A DNA stretch of 64,000 nt from Antedon mediterranea. Its lineage: Eukaryota > Animalia > Echinodermata. The stretch covers positions 32,184,437 to 32,248,436 of the forward strand of contig NC_092672.1 of the NCBI RefSeq assembly GCF_964355755.1, read 5' to 3'. Position 1 is the first letter of the stretch. Every line of letters begins with the position of its first letter. Both the position numbers and the translations under genes were made by a program. Shown here one piece after another: positions 12,401 through 27,400 of this stretch. The notes under the pieces were generated by a model. The model ran no database searches. It had not been told where the DNA came from and was given only the letters and a program-made list of their open reading frames with translations.

Positions 12401-15400
12401 TTTAGTAATATTGCTAATCAAACACAATTGTTGTGAGTCTAGAAATATAGTTTTGCAATTATATAGTTTTGTATAGCTGTGCTAACTGGCAAAAATTATT
12501 CCCTGTATAGAGCGACGTAATTTTTCACGATTACGCTGCAGCTATTGAATCTGACAGTCGTTCTACGCATGCTTATGTGTTTCGACATCTCTGTGTGAAT
12601 ACGCGATAATCAAACGTTGCTAAGACATAATTCTAAGATTCGGTACGATTTTATGAAACACGGTAGTATAACTTATATCTATATTAGTGTAGTGTAATGA
12701 CCTCCCATGTCGATGTTTTAAATTATTCTGTAAACACTAAACCGATCGATAATTTGTAGATTGAAAAATTGAATTAGTAAATGACTCAGTACTCATGCAT
12801 GTTTATACTTAATCCCAGTGGTAATCAACTATCAAAAAATGACAACATGTACATTGTTTGTCATGATGTCTTACATTAGGCCAAATACTAAGTTTCACAT
12901 CCGCTCCCTTATCAAATTGTGCGTCTAAAGCTCAATGTTAAAATATTCAAAAATCAACCAACTCTTCTCCGTCGTTGTCTTAGCTAGAGGCATGCAATAG
13001 TTGTTTTTACGACCTAATACAGAATTAGTTAATTCGCCATACAGGCTAAAAACATTCGAAAATCATAAAGCTCTGTCTAAACTATCAAAAAGTTGTGATG
13101 TGCCCAAATATGGTAGTGATATGCACAAATATGATGATATGACATCATCATGTCCATATATGGGAACATCACATTTTTTTGTCCCATACCGTTTCGTAGT
13201 GACTTTTTTTTAAACTATTATTATTATTTTGTTTAATGGTATACAGTAAAAGACAATTTAAAGAATCATTCGATATTTCAATTAAATTGCAGCAGGATTG
13301 CGGTAGTCAGGCTTTTCGATGCGTAATCTTGCGACTAAACCTTTAAACCATTATTCCTTATTCTCTTCTGATATTTATCATCACAATACCGTCACGAGGA
13401 AATTTTCCGAATGATCTGAATCAAAACGGTACTGGGTTGGTCTACTAGCGTTCCTGCTCCCAAAAGTCATCCATTCATAGAAGCACTGATGAAGAAAGTC
13501 TATCCGTGGTGACTAATAGAATGAAGACATGTCTTCGGTTAGTTTAGTTGATAGAAGATTGAAATGTTTGTTAGAAATAGAGTATACGATGTTTAACTAG
13601 TAAAGCCTCCCAACGTGAAATAACATAAATATTTTATTTGGACTCAACCGAGCAAATAACTAATTTCATTGGATATAGGAACCTAATAAATATCAAGTAG
13701 ATGGTCTGGATATATCTGGTTTTATTATAATGATCTTTTGTCTTCAATCAAAATGAGTGTTATGTTCCCTTTGTTGTCTCTGCATTGTACTGATATACAT
13801 TTCTGACGTTGCATATTATAACTTATTGTGACACAATATAGTTATGACATTTGAACACGATGACAGTTTGCACAGAGACGCGTGCAAATAATCCACTCCA
13901 TCAAGCTGCGTTTTCATCGTTGGATAAGACGATCAATAAATTACTTTTTCTTCGTCAAAAGTGATTTACAATACAGGATTAATTATTGTTAAAATGTAGG
14001 CTAATTAGCTAACTTAAGTGGCATCCTTTGCGCCTGGCCTACATCGATTGTAGTTTGGGTGGTCTGCACGTTGCTGACAAAACTAAAATGGACCGTAAAT
14101 CTACACGTCAAAACCTAGTATGTTATGAAACGGGAAAATACCAATTGACATGTTTCTCAATGGTTATTAATATTAATTAACGTTAAATGTTTGAATACAT
14201 AATGCCAACCAACACGTCAAAGTGATACGAAGCGCACACCACACTTAAACTAAGTATACCAAAGTTTATATAATCTCTAACAAGGCCATATACATGGCTG
14301 CAATCGCGTGCTCAAATTTGAGTTAGTGTTTACCGATCAACCGACCGAACGACCAACCGACCGACCGACATAGTGAGCTGTAGAGTCGCGTTAGCACGCG
14401 ACTAAAAAGGAAAGCGTATTTCTACAGACAGCAGATATTAGACTGTCATAACACAACGCTTTTAACGACGTAATTCGATACCAGTTTTTAACACAAACAC
14501 AATAACGTATAAGTTACGTTAGGTCTGGAAATGTGTAACCGCATTTTATCACGCCGCTAATGCGAGGTTCCCACTAAAGCGTGGTTCCCACTCTAGCGAC
14601 GCAACACAAGGACGTAACGCAACGCAAGTGAATTGACCAATCACAAGCGATGGTTTATTCGCTTGTGATTGTTAACTGTCTATAACTTCGCTTGTCATTG
14701 GTTAAAACGCTTGCGTTGCGTTTACGTCCTTGCGTTACGTTCTAGTGGGAACCAAGCTTTAAGAAGCAACCCAACGACGTAACGCAGCGTAAGGGATTTG
14801 AACAATCACAACCGATGGATTATTCGAACAGTCCCTTGTCATTGGTCAACTCGCTTGCGTTTCATCCACGTCCTTACGTTGCGTATAGGAACCAAGCTTT
14901 ACATCGTCATGACGCCGTAAGTACGACGACGTGATCGTTGCATTCGCGACTTCTTGAATTGACGTCGTGAATCTATATTCACGGCGTAACACGTCGTAGT
15001 GTTAAAGTTCACGTTTTGTTCCCATTATTAAAATATCCATGCATATCGCACACGCACTGGTAATCACACAAGGTAGATTAATCAACCGAATTATCATCAC
15101 AAAACAATAAAAATACATTTTGAATCAACAGTAATTATCTTTCTATTTTTATCAAAAAAATCATGGCTTTCCAACCTTGTTTTAAGTAAATGTAGGGCTG
15201 GTTCATGTCTTGGCAACACGCATGCGCTGACCTGTTGCGGCAGTGAATATTAGGCATGGTTTTCGATTGAGTGATTTTCTGCTTAATCGTAAGTAGATAC
15301 GTGAAACACTCTTCAAACACTCTTTGTTTGCTGAAGTATAAAGCTGATCGAACGCATCTTGTCGTTTAATACGTATTGACATATTTTGCATCTTTATCAA

Positions 15401-18400
15401 CATCTTTGATTATATTACCTTCTACACGTTGTTGACATTCTATTACGAGCTGCAAAATATTTCAACCCCTAGGTGTTTTTGCTCCCCCTCATTGATAATA
15501 CTGTGCCGTATCAATCAAAACTGTATTACGTCAGCAATGTAGGCCTACTTGTGACTTCACACCTTATAAGGTGTGAAGTCACGTATAAATATGTTCCATA
15601 TGTTCTTGTGTTCTTTCCAGAATTATGAAAAGCAAAAATAAAATGTTAAATTGTATTTATAAATATTTACTCCAAAAAATGTATTTTAAGTGGAGAGAGG
15701 CACTATATGTCAACAAATAATTCTTGGTCCTCTCTCCATAACGGTTGTCACATGCTTTGTATTTTTTTCTTTTTTATTGTATGTATTATGTTTCATTCAG
15801 TTTGTCTGAAATAAAGTTGAATTGAATTGAATTGAAATTTGTTGATTAAAGAAAGAATGATATGCAAATCACATTTCGCAATTGCATAAGATCCCCATTT
15901 ATATAATTTATGTTTAGCGAAATTATAGAAATGAATGTTTGTTATTATTATGTCGTTTTTAGGTAGCGGTTTTCTTATTTTGAGTACCCTTTCCTGAACT
16001 TTACGATGGTGTATATACTCGCTGTTTTACTTATCGTTTTGATTTAGCTTTTCATTTACATTTATTCCACATTTATTTAGTCATCAATTACAGTACATCA
16101 TAATTACAGTACAACTAAAAACAGGGATCCTGCATAAAAAAGCTGTAGCTTCGTTTTTTTGTAGGACCCTTTTACATAAGAACAAGTATATAGAACTTAA
16201 ATAATCAAAGGTGTTGTTAATCAGCATATAGTGATAAAAAGTATTTTTTGACCTGTTTTTTTATACATTTATTTTGTTTCTTTAAGGTTTATTACCACCA
16301 TTACAAGTGAATTCTTTCCACAATTTTGATCCATATATGTGTATAAACTGTTGACTGCAAGTTAGTCTTGTGAAGGGAATTTCGAATTCAGTTTCTGTTC
16401 TGGGGTTATGAGTAGGCCTATACTGTCACAGTAATTAAAAATATTTAAAATGTGATGTGGTAATTCATTGAATTTTACGTTTGCCATAAATCCTATGACG
16501 TTTACTTTGTAAATATCATAAACGTTTAATATTTTTAGTTTCTTAAACAGTGGCTCCGAGGCTTGTCTGGATTTAGAGGAGGTAATGCATTTTACAGCTC
16601 TCTTTTGGAGTTTTAGTATTACTTCTAACGTGCTCTTGTATGTATTTCCCCATATTAAGTTACCATACTGAAGGTGAGGTAATACTAAGGTGTTATAAAG
16701 ACTAATACGGACTTTATGAGGAAAGAATTCTCTTTTAAAAGTATACCGATTGCCCTAGACATTTTTTTCCTAATAAGCTGTATGTGATGTTTCCAGTTAA
16801 GATTTTCGTTTAAAATTACACCTAGAAAGTCACATTTTCTTTTCTATGTAATAACACATTATTCATTTTTATTTTAAACTGGTTTTTGTACTTTTGTACT
16901 TTTGGTTAGTTCTAAAAACAACGTAATTAGATTTGCTAACATTCAGTAACAGCTTATTTGCTTTAAGCCATACGTTTATTTATTTTCGCTTTTTTTTAGT
17001 ATCTCCATTGAGATCCAGCCACTGATACCCACAGCATTGTCATTTTGTATCTCCATTCAGATCCAGCCACTGATACCAACAGCATTGTCATTTTTTCAGT
17101 AATTTGCCTTTGGATATATATAATATTATGAAATAGATTGATTGATTAATTAAGGGGTAGATCAAAAACATCGTAATCGAAAATACCAAATTTGTAGTAG
17201 TCCAGTGACCTACTTCAAAATATTTGTGTAAATGACATATTGATTAATTTGCATAATTTGTGGGTCCAGGTTGACGCAAAATCGAAACCCATTACTGCTT
17301 ACATGATCGGTACTATAATAGTGCAACGGCTTTGATATAACTAACGTTCTGCCATTTTGATTTCGTGAATAATTTTAATTATTTTCCGAATAATAATATT
17401 TTCCGAATAATTATGATTTTCTTGGTAATTGCTTCTTAATGTCTGCTTTTTAATTATTTTCTATGATGATGATGATGAATACATTTCTATCAGCCTGACA
17501 ATTAGGTTGTCTCGTGTAAGAAAAAAATAGGGCAGGTTATTAGTACAATGGTAACAATACGGTAAGCATATAGTAAACACGAATGTGAAACACTCTATCC
17601 AGTATAAATTGAATACAATATTAATGTTCCACTTAAACACGACATAAAACACTTCACAACAAAATTAAAATTTAGTAATGATAAAGAGCATTACAAATAC
17701 TATTCATCAACACAAACATTGTTTGATGTTATATGAATATAAAATGTAATTACTTTTATTAATATTATGGGCAATATTCGTCAGGCTCAATTTTGGATCA
17801 GCCCTTACTGCATGACTGCAGCTTATTTTAAGCATTTTTACTTCAGATAATGATATTCTATTGGTTTCCATATTTTGAAACACAAGACTTTGTAGTATTT
17901 TGGTTCAGTAATTTATAGAATTACATTATTCATACTGTGATGAAATAATAAATTCAATATCTACCAGATTTATTTCAATCTATAAAGCAGTATATTTCAC
18001 TCTAACTCATGTGCTTACATGATTGGACTGCTAAACCCTATATTTTGATTAGAATTATCATTTTAGTATCTTTTAATTTTTTAAGTTGTATCCACATTTT
18101 TTTCGAAAGATTATATTAAAACAAGTTATTTTTTCTCTTCTACCTTTGTTCTCTTCTCTTAACGTCCTCTACTTTCTTCTCGTCTCTCTTCTCTTAACGT
18201 CATCTACTTTCTTCTCGTCTCTTTTCTCTTAACGTCCTCTACTTTCTTCTCGTCTCTCTTCTCTTACGTCCTCTACTTTCTTCTCGTCTCTCTTCTCTTA
18301 CGTCCTCTACTTTCTTCTCGTCTCTCTTCTCTTACGTCCTCTACTTTCTTCTCTTCTCTCTTCTCTTAACGTCCTCTACTTTTTTCTCTCCTCTCTTCTT

Positions 18401-21400
18401 TTAACGTCCTCTACTTTCTTCTCGTCTCTCTTCTCTTACGTCCTCTACTTTCTTCTCGTCTCTCTTCTCTTAACGTCCTCTACTTTTTTCTCTTCTCTCT
18501 TCTCTTAATGTCTTCTACTTTCTTCTTGTCTCTCTTCTCTTAACGTACTCTACTTTCTTCTCGTCTCTCTTCTCTTAACGTCCTCTACTTTCTTCTCGTC
18601 TCTCTTCTCTTAACGTCCTCTACTTTCTTCTCGTCTCTCTTCTCTTACGTCCTCTTCTTCTCGTCTCTCTTCTCTACGTCCTCTACTTTCTTCTCGTCTC
18701 TCTTCTCTTACGTCCTATACTTTCTTCTCGTCTCTTTTCTCTTAACGTCCTCTACTTTCTTCTCGTCTCTCTTCTCTTACGTCCTCTACTTTCTTCTCGT
18801 CTCTCTTCTCTTACGTCCTCTACTTTCTTCTCGTCTCTTTTCTCTTAACGTCCTCTACTTTCTTCTCGTCTCTCTTCTCTTACGTCCTCTACTTTCTTCT
18901 CGTCTCTTTTCTCTTAACGTCCTCTACTTTCTTCTCGTCTCTCTTCTCTTAACGTTCTCTGTCGTCGACTTCTTTTTACTCGTCTCTCTGCTGTTGTCTC
19001 TCCTCTTGTGTCCTAGACATGTCTTCTCGTCTCTCTCCTTTTAACATCTTCTCCTTTCTTCTCTTTTCCCTCCCCTGCTCTTTTTCTTATATTTTCTCTT
19101 TTGTATTCTCGTCTCTCATCTTCTCGTTTCTCATCTCTTACCTCAGTCTCACACTCTTTTCTTGTCTTCTCTCTCCTTCCGTCACATTCTTCAATATTCA
19201 AGTGGATTGACTTTTAGTACGAACAATGTCATATCAATTCATCGGACCGCCGGTAGTGTAGTACAATACTTTAATCATTGCTACAGACAATTAGAGTGAA
19301 TTATGTAAAATGTCCGAAGACAATTAATGGAAAATAACGTAATCTTATTTCATGTTTATTTTGGATGTAACAAAGATATATAAGTTATATACAGCGTAGT
19401 AAAATGAGGTGGCGAATCCTGTTTCTTTCATGTGTATCTTGATGAAAAAAATACATTAGGAGTTTCTTTAAGCCTCCAAATTCAGATACACTAAACGTAA
19501 GATATAGCAGAAGGAGGTGGCGAATCCTGCTTCTGTCATGTGTATCTTGATGATGAAAAAATACATTAGGAGTTTCTTTAAGCCTCCAAATTCAGATACA
19601 CTAAACGTAAGATATAGCAGAAGGAGGTGGCGAATCCTGTTTCTCTCATGTGTGTATCTTAGAAGAATTTCTCTGTGACATGTAAATTCACATATCAAAC
19701 GTAAGGTGTAGCAGAAGGAGGTGACGAATCCTGCTTCTTTTATGTTATATGAAACAAAGAAGATATTTTAAGAGTTTATCATGCCTCCAAATTTAGATAT
19801 ACCGTATAGCTGCCTGAAGGAGGTGTTGAACATTATACTTTATTAAGTAAATCGTGTCTATAGCTTCTATGCTAACAGTTTTCCTTGTTTACCCGTTTGT
19901 CTTTACCTCTATTTTTAACACAATGCCTGTCCATCAGTGCAAACTACAATTGATAACACTTAATGTCATTGGAAATGCAAGATTGCAATGAGTCTGAACA
20001 AAATTGTAGAACATTAATTATCCATTCCCTTGCTGCTACTTCGTTGTAATGAACACTTAAGCCTCTCGCTGGGGAACCTAAGAGGCCATTAAGCATTTTA
20101 TATTTACTATCAATATTTCTCAAGGCTTGACAATAATTTCTAAATGTACCATCACCCTATAGTCCTCTTCAATTACAGGACAATTAAAAATAAATCGAAA
20201 AACGCTAACTTTAGATCAGGTAAAACGAGATGATAAAGGCCCTGTTCAGACCCATGGCGTTAGACCGTTTTAGCGTACAACGTTACTATCAAGGTCACGT
20301 TACAAACCGCAGAGAAAAAAACGAGGTGTTCAGACCCATAGCGTACGATTATCGTTACAACGGAAGTACGTCATCCAGGTTGTTTCTAGTAGTTGCATAT
20401 TTATGTGCTCTTACCCACGTGTTTTCATCATTATTTCCACTGTATATAGGCCTAGATCTCAGCCCTACAATTATGACAAAATTTGCCGTAAATAAAACAT
20501 ACCTCAGCATTTATTTAAGAAAAATATAGTAAAGCCAAATTTCTGTTTCTATTGTTTTTATTTTGTAGTAAAAAACATTTTCCCCAGGCTCTTGTGTTAC
20601 GAAAATAAAGCAGGCCTCGTAATGATGAAGAAAAAAATGATTATGCTATCCAGTCCAGTCAAAGATATATATTCTTTGGTCCAGTCGGTGTAAAATAACC
20701 CTTAACTTGCTAATAAAAGGGACACAGCTCCCCTTGTTTGTTTACTGATTTTTTTAGGAGTTAGGGAGTTTTCAGCATTAAACTTGTCCAGTCTAGTCTG
20801 CCTTGTATGAATGAGTGACTTGATGTCCCACGCTAGTTTTTAGCTTGAATGAAATGCGTGAATGGCCCTAGGCCTAGCTAGGCCTAAAAGCGGATGGGAT
20901 CATAGTCCCTATGTTTAAATACAAGGTGCATGTATTTATGTCATTTGTTAGAAAATATAATGGTAATCAGTTGATAATAGTTTGTAGCCTTTGTAACAGT
21001 TGTATTTGTAGTTAGGCCTTATTTATTCTGGCCTTTTTGTTATTGAAATCCATCTCACACATTGACGATAAAAGATGTCAGCCTAGGTCAAACCTTGTTT
21101 CGCGTCATAACAGGAAACGTTCTGATTGGATACAACGTTGACTTACAGTAGCGTCGTACGCTAAAACGGTACTATCAACCGTTTTCCACTACAACGCTAC
21201 AATCGTTGTACGACGCGTTGTACGCTAATCCCCAACTGTTCAGACACACATTCTTTTAGCGTCGTACGCTAAAACGGTCTAACGCCATGGGTCTGAACAG
21301 GGCCATACTATCATGGCCTTGATGGCTGTGTAGAAACAGCAATGAATGTATAAATACAACATAAATGCTATGAATAACATTAAATGAATATTTAATTGTG

Positions 21401-24400
21401 TCTGAGAGTTGTTAAGATAACATCAAAATGTCACTGTAGTTTTTCGAAATTGTCACCTCGGTTGTTTCACTCAATGACAAAAATAGAATTGGAAATTTAT
21501 GTTATTCTTACGTTTTCTTTCGTCGTTTTTCTCTCCTTGTCATTAAGCTTGTTTTCCACTAACGTAACGCAAGGACGCAAGAGTAACTCAAGTTGAGCGT
21601 GGTTCCCACTAGAACGTAACGCAGCAACGTATCAACGCAAAGTGCTGTATTGCGTAATCACATGTGGGAACCAACGACGAAATAGTGCTGCAAACATCGC
21701 AGATTTGATTTGACGCAGGCGGGGGCAAACACGATTATCGGAAAGGCATTTTCTTACGTTGCGTAGGTTGCGTTACGTTGCGTCGCTAGTGGGAACAAAG
21801 CTTTATTTGACCAATCACGACGCGATTGGTCATCCTAACTGTTGCTTGTGATTGATTGATAACAACCTTTATTATTCATTACTTAGAGAGTTAGATTCAG
21901 TTTATTTAGGGTTTAGTTTGATGAGTTGTAAATATTCAATGAGATGTTTCTGTCTTCATTTCCAAATATAACTCAAATAGAATAAAATACAAATACGCAT
22001 GCGCATAGCCAACGTTTTCGATTGAGACTTTTGTCATTTGAATGTTATGTTGATGTTGCTGTTGCTGTTGTCTCTAATTGTTTCCGTTACGACACCTGCT
22101 CCCTACCCGTTTAGATGAGATTGTCTATAGACGTTGTTTATGTATTCGTAATGGTAAAGAAGGCTGAAATCTGCTACCGAAGACAGTGATGGCGTTCCAT
22201 AGTTTTATGTCTGATGACAGTTCATTTGGGAAGTAGGCCTACTTTATTACGCACATATGAATTAATTGTTTTATATGTTAACCGATGCTTTACGACGGAT
22301 TTAATGTTGTACAGGTATTGACAATTTCTGTATTATATAATGTCAAACTTTCCTAAGCATGATATCATCTTATCACCAATGGAACGTGTACACACAACTC
22401 AAATATTATAACTATCATTTTAATCCACGCGTGGCTTGAAAGCCATTTGGCCACAAAGTTTAAGAAACAAGCATTATACAGTAGTAGGAGGTGTTGATGC
22501 TATGCTTTTGATTCTGTTGCTGAATTGTCATTTCACCCAAGATGGTGACTGCGATCGGGCCAGCGTTAGGTTTTTTTTATAGCACTCTCAACAATACAAC
22601 ACAACGTACAATTCAATTAGAAGCATGACACAATATCAAAATATATTATAAAGTGTACAATTAAAATCTCACGCCAGGACGTACGCGCAAAGAAATTCAC
22701 AAGTAATTTGATCAATCACGACTCGATGGATGATGCATAGTCTCGCCATGATTGGTCAAATTACTTTCGTTGCCCTTACTGTACGTCTTTGCGTTACGTT
22801 CTAGTGGGAACAGATCAGTAACAGATTCGAAAGTTTAGTTGAGCATTGAATAGAGTTTCTGATCGAGACATCACGTGAGTTTAAAATGTATCAATTGAAA
22901 TAATGTTCGCAAGAGAGCACATTACGAGTGGATGCAGACGGTTGTTACGCATGATGATTCTGCTGAACTGTTGCTTCTCCTGGCCAACATGAACGTTCGC
23001 GCCTTACTCAATCAAGCAATGCTACACGAGACACCTGCAGGCAATTATAATCGCCCATCAAATATTGAAAAGCATCGCTTTCTCTTGCATGATTAGCCAG
23101 GTATGTGCCGGTGCGTAGCACGCTGATGTCTTGTGTGTCGTTACAACGTCCTCTAGGGACCTCACATGGATTTACATCAATAATTATTATTGATACACCT
23201 AGTCCTGGATATAATGTTTATTATTAAATTTTAGTGTTGATAGACGAATAAAAATAGTTATATTAATGATAATAATAACAACTAATACGCGATATATAAT
23301 TTTCTTTAAGAATAAACACTGTGATAAAAGTAGTCTTTCTATGCGTGAAGGGGCGTAACAAATTAAATACCGTATTTTACCAGTTTTCAATTCAATTCAA
23401 CTTTTATTTCAGACAATTGTCCATATGGACAAAAAAAAAACAAAAAAAAAGATGAAGGAGAGAGGACCAAAACTTTTATCTATTGGTATATAATACCTCT
23501 CTCCATTTGTAGTATGCATGTATTATGTTTTATGTATAGGCCTTTATATTATGCATAAACGATATGTTTGGAAAGGAGATAAAAGCCACATTTTGTTCTT
23601 ATTCTAATTTAACCTTAATATTAATAGAAGAAAAATACAAATGCAAGGATAAAATGGATATAATATCAATGGTTTGCTTTGTAATGTTTATTTATTTATT
23701 TATTTATTCGGTATATAAAAATATATTACAAAACGACAGTCAAGGACTGAAATGAATTGTATTACAAATAACTAAAAATTAGTTAAAATTGATATAAAAA
23801 TAGAAACATCTTATTAAAATTAGATATCGTACCATAAAATTAAAAACATACATGAATAAAAAACCTTAAAACATTCACTTATTACATATCTAAACAAGAA
23901 ATATTTCTTACAAAAAACGCTGCTCGCTTATTGAAAAATATTTTTTATTTTAAATGTTTTTGAATGTGTCATTTTATTGTCACAATAGTTATTTTACCTG
24001 AAAAAAATGTAATTTAAAGCAACAAATACTTACATTTTAAATTCTTTTTTTATATGTGAATAAATATTATTTTTTTGTTACAGAAGTGAATACTCAATTT
24101 CTGTCACTTTAGTTAATTTTATTGCTAAGGTCAAATCTGGGGGTCACTTCATCACCCTAGATATTTCAATTGTGAAGTATCCTATTACAAACACAAACTT
24201 TAATGGACTGTTTCGATAATAATTCAATGAATATCTGACAGTGAATATACCAGAAATGCTTAGGGATTTGTAATTTTAGCATGAAATGTCCTAATAGACT
24301 CTTTCCCAGACGTTTTTTGGGTCTACTGTAGCAGCTGGAATCAATAAATTATAGTGGAGTTTCCATTTTCACAAAACTGTCTGTCCTTAGAACTATAACT

Positions 24401-27400
24401 GCTGCTTGCTTTAGCTTCTGATTGAGTAGTCCTAATGGGACGTAGCGGGCTAGAGCAGCAGCGTGAAAAGAGCTAGTGGTGCCTATTAATTATATCCACC
24501 ATGGTGGGAACTGGAGAACTATAGAACTTTAGAACTATATTGTATAGTATTTGCTGTTTGAATAACAATGTCCATTCATGATGAATATGTTATAACAACA
24601 CAATAATAGTCAGACTTTTTTACACATCTTGTAACATAAATATATGTTTATTCATAGTTTCAGAATATTCGCAGGCGCTAAAATATGAAATAACCTACCA
24701 ACTGCTGAAATTAAATATTCTCCAACAATTGCTTCATTTAAAGCTACAGATGTCGACCTCATTTCTTTTCACAAAACTAAAACCTTTTTTTTTGTATTTA
24801 AGACAGGACCACAATGTAAAACAGGAAGTTTCTTTTACCTATTATGTAATCCTGGATAAATATATTGCATAATAATGTCACTCCATCAGCAACGATAAAC
24901 TTTATTCATTCAAGATAACATTTATTTATCAACAAAAAGCATGGACCTATTACACAAGGAAAAACGTTTTTCTGTATTTGTAAGTCCCGTTATTTACAAA
25001 ATAAAAATAAGTAAGCAACGTATGTTTCCAAAGAACTTATAACACAAGAATCTCCTGTTCGTCCGAAGCGCGTAACAATTTCGAAAGGCATTGTGGGATA
25101 GAATAGAGCTATGGGTGGCGCCATTGTGAGCCATGGAGTAGGGCGCCCGCATCAAATTAGAAAGTCAAAATCATAGAGGGGATCTGCTAATGCTCTAGGG
25201 GGGATAGAGTAATTGACTGAGGAGTAGGGCGCCCGCATCAAATTAGAAAGTCAAAATCATAGAGGGGTTCTGCTAATACTCTAGGGGGTAGAGTAATTGA
25301 CTTCTTAGTTTGAAGGGGGCGCTGCTCCATGCTGTGAAATGGCGTCGCCCAGTTTGACCTTTTAACCCTGTACTTCCGATACTGTGTTTTGAATGCAAAT
25401 TGAAGAACAGGAGATTCTTGTGTTATAAGTTCTTTGATGTTTCCACAAACAATGTCGAAAGATAATTTCGACTCTCATTACATTCTATCACTTAGCCAAC
25501 TATTGTTAATTTCTACAATAGTACATTCTCCTTGGAACGATTAAACCAAATCCTGCATTGTATACGACGGTAATTCTGCCATTTAGGTTAAGTGATTACG
25601 TCAGCAAAATGAGAAAAGAAGCAGCCAACAAAATGAAGCATACACACATTTTTTACAGATATTAACGTTCCTTTCTGAATTCAACAACAGAGAAAGGTCT
25701 GACCAAAGTCTGACAAATTAACTAGCTTCCTAATTTGTCAACAAAAGTTGAACGCGTGCGTTAAGTTATTCGTTTAAAAAAATTGAACGTGCGCGTCCGT
25801 GACTGCATTGAACCATTGAACGCACAGTGCAATTATATTGAATCCACCTCAAACTAACGGAATGTTAGTTCGTTATGCCCTTTGGGAATATTATTTAGAA
25901 TATTTTTGAAATTGACAAATAACAAAACGAATTGATATTGATATTTAACTGTCAACATGGTAAATATCAATAGGTTTTGAAATATCTTCATTTGTAACAC
26001 AATCGTACGACTGACTAAAACTAATGAGATATAACGCATCATCATTAAATCATATCTATTTTTTGATAGATTTAATAAAGGAACATAATATAAAAGGTTA
26101 TTAAATTACACAGTTACTCTAAGAAACGCTCATAAATGTCCACTTTTAGAATTGTTGTTGCCAAACTTGATATCCAATACACAATTATGATTTTGTATAC
26201 TTTTGTTTTATTTTCTTGTCTTCATGTCAATATTAATTTATATTTTTTGTAAACACACACACACACTGGTGGAAATCATTCAGCCTTTAGTAGTTCTAGC
26301 AGTCGATTGTGTTGTGTTGGGTTTTTTTTATCAAGCCAGTGACGAATCCAGGATTTGAAAGGGGCGGAGGCAAAGCCTAAACATTGTAAAATTAAGTTCT
26401 GAGCTTAATTTGATGTCCTATCTTTTATATTATAATCTTTGAAATTAAGGAGGCAGGACCTGCATTGAATCCGCCTCTACCAGCATTTGTTGTGTGTATT
26501 TATCGGTTCCAGTTTTTGCTGCCGTTCTGTTTTCCTGTCGAGGCTATCGTTAACAATAATCGGCAATCTTCTACGTAAGCATTGAAATGTTAACGATTTA
26601 CAGGAAAAGTTACTCGCTATCGTTATAATTCCAACTTGATCGTTTTCAAACGATTGTCGTTCAACTGTTAACGATCAACGACGATAGCGTCGAATAACGT
26701 CGACAGGAAAACAGGCTTAATGAGTTGTTATTCGCCATTGAACAAATCCTGACATGACAAGACTTAAACGCATAAAACTTGGATTGGTAGCCGAGCATCA
26801 TAACCGCCAAGCCACAACTCCACAATTTTTAGTCTACAGCTCGTTATGTCGGTCGGTTTGTCGGTCGGTAAACACTCAAATTTGAACACGCGACTCTGCA
26901 GATGATGTATATGGTCTTGTTTATTTATACGAAAGAGCAAGTAGTTTCGATTTCCTTCTCCGTGTTTCTACAAATTATTAGCGACTTTTTTTTATTGCTT
27001 AAACATCTGATGTTTGCGCCGTGAAAGCCTTTTCTACGCGCAACAGTATAATTAGACATTTACGCTAGACATTCTTATTAGAATATTCCTATCTAAACTT
27101 GTATGTTTTAAGTTCATGGAAATTGTTGTTGAATTCTTTAATCAATAATTCGTTTAACTATAATGCTACCCATCAGCATAGTAATGAAATGAATAAACGT
27201 AAGATGGATAACACGCTCTCAATTGTGACTTGAGGTTTACCGTAAGTCACGTGTTGCCACTTAACAAATGTCACTGGTTATCGGCAACACAATCGATTAT
27301 ATAATTCATTACCGTTTTGTTGACAAAATTCGTGCGGAATCAAACATTATAGAATTACCTAACCATCAACGACAAGTTGATTATGTAAATCGGTAGTTTT

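Noticed and set aside
13480-13545. CTGATGA followed by short stems (hammerhead ribozyme candidate)
   Set aside because: No correctly placed GAAA core or three-stem closure found by eye
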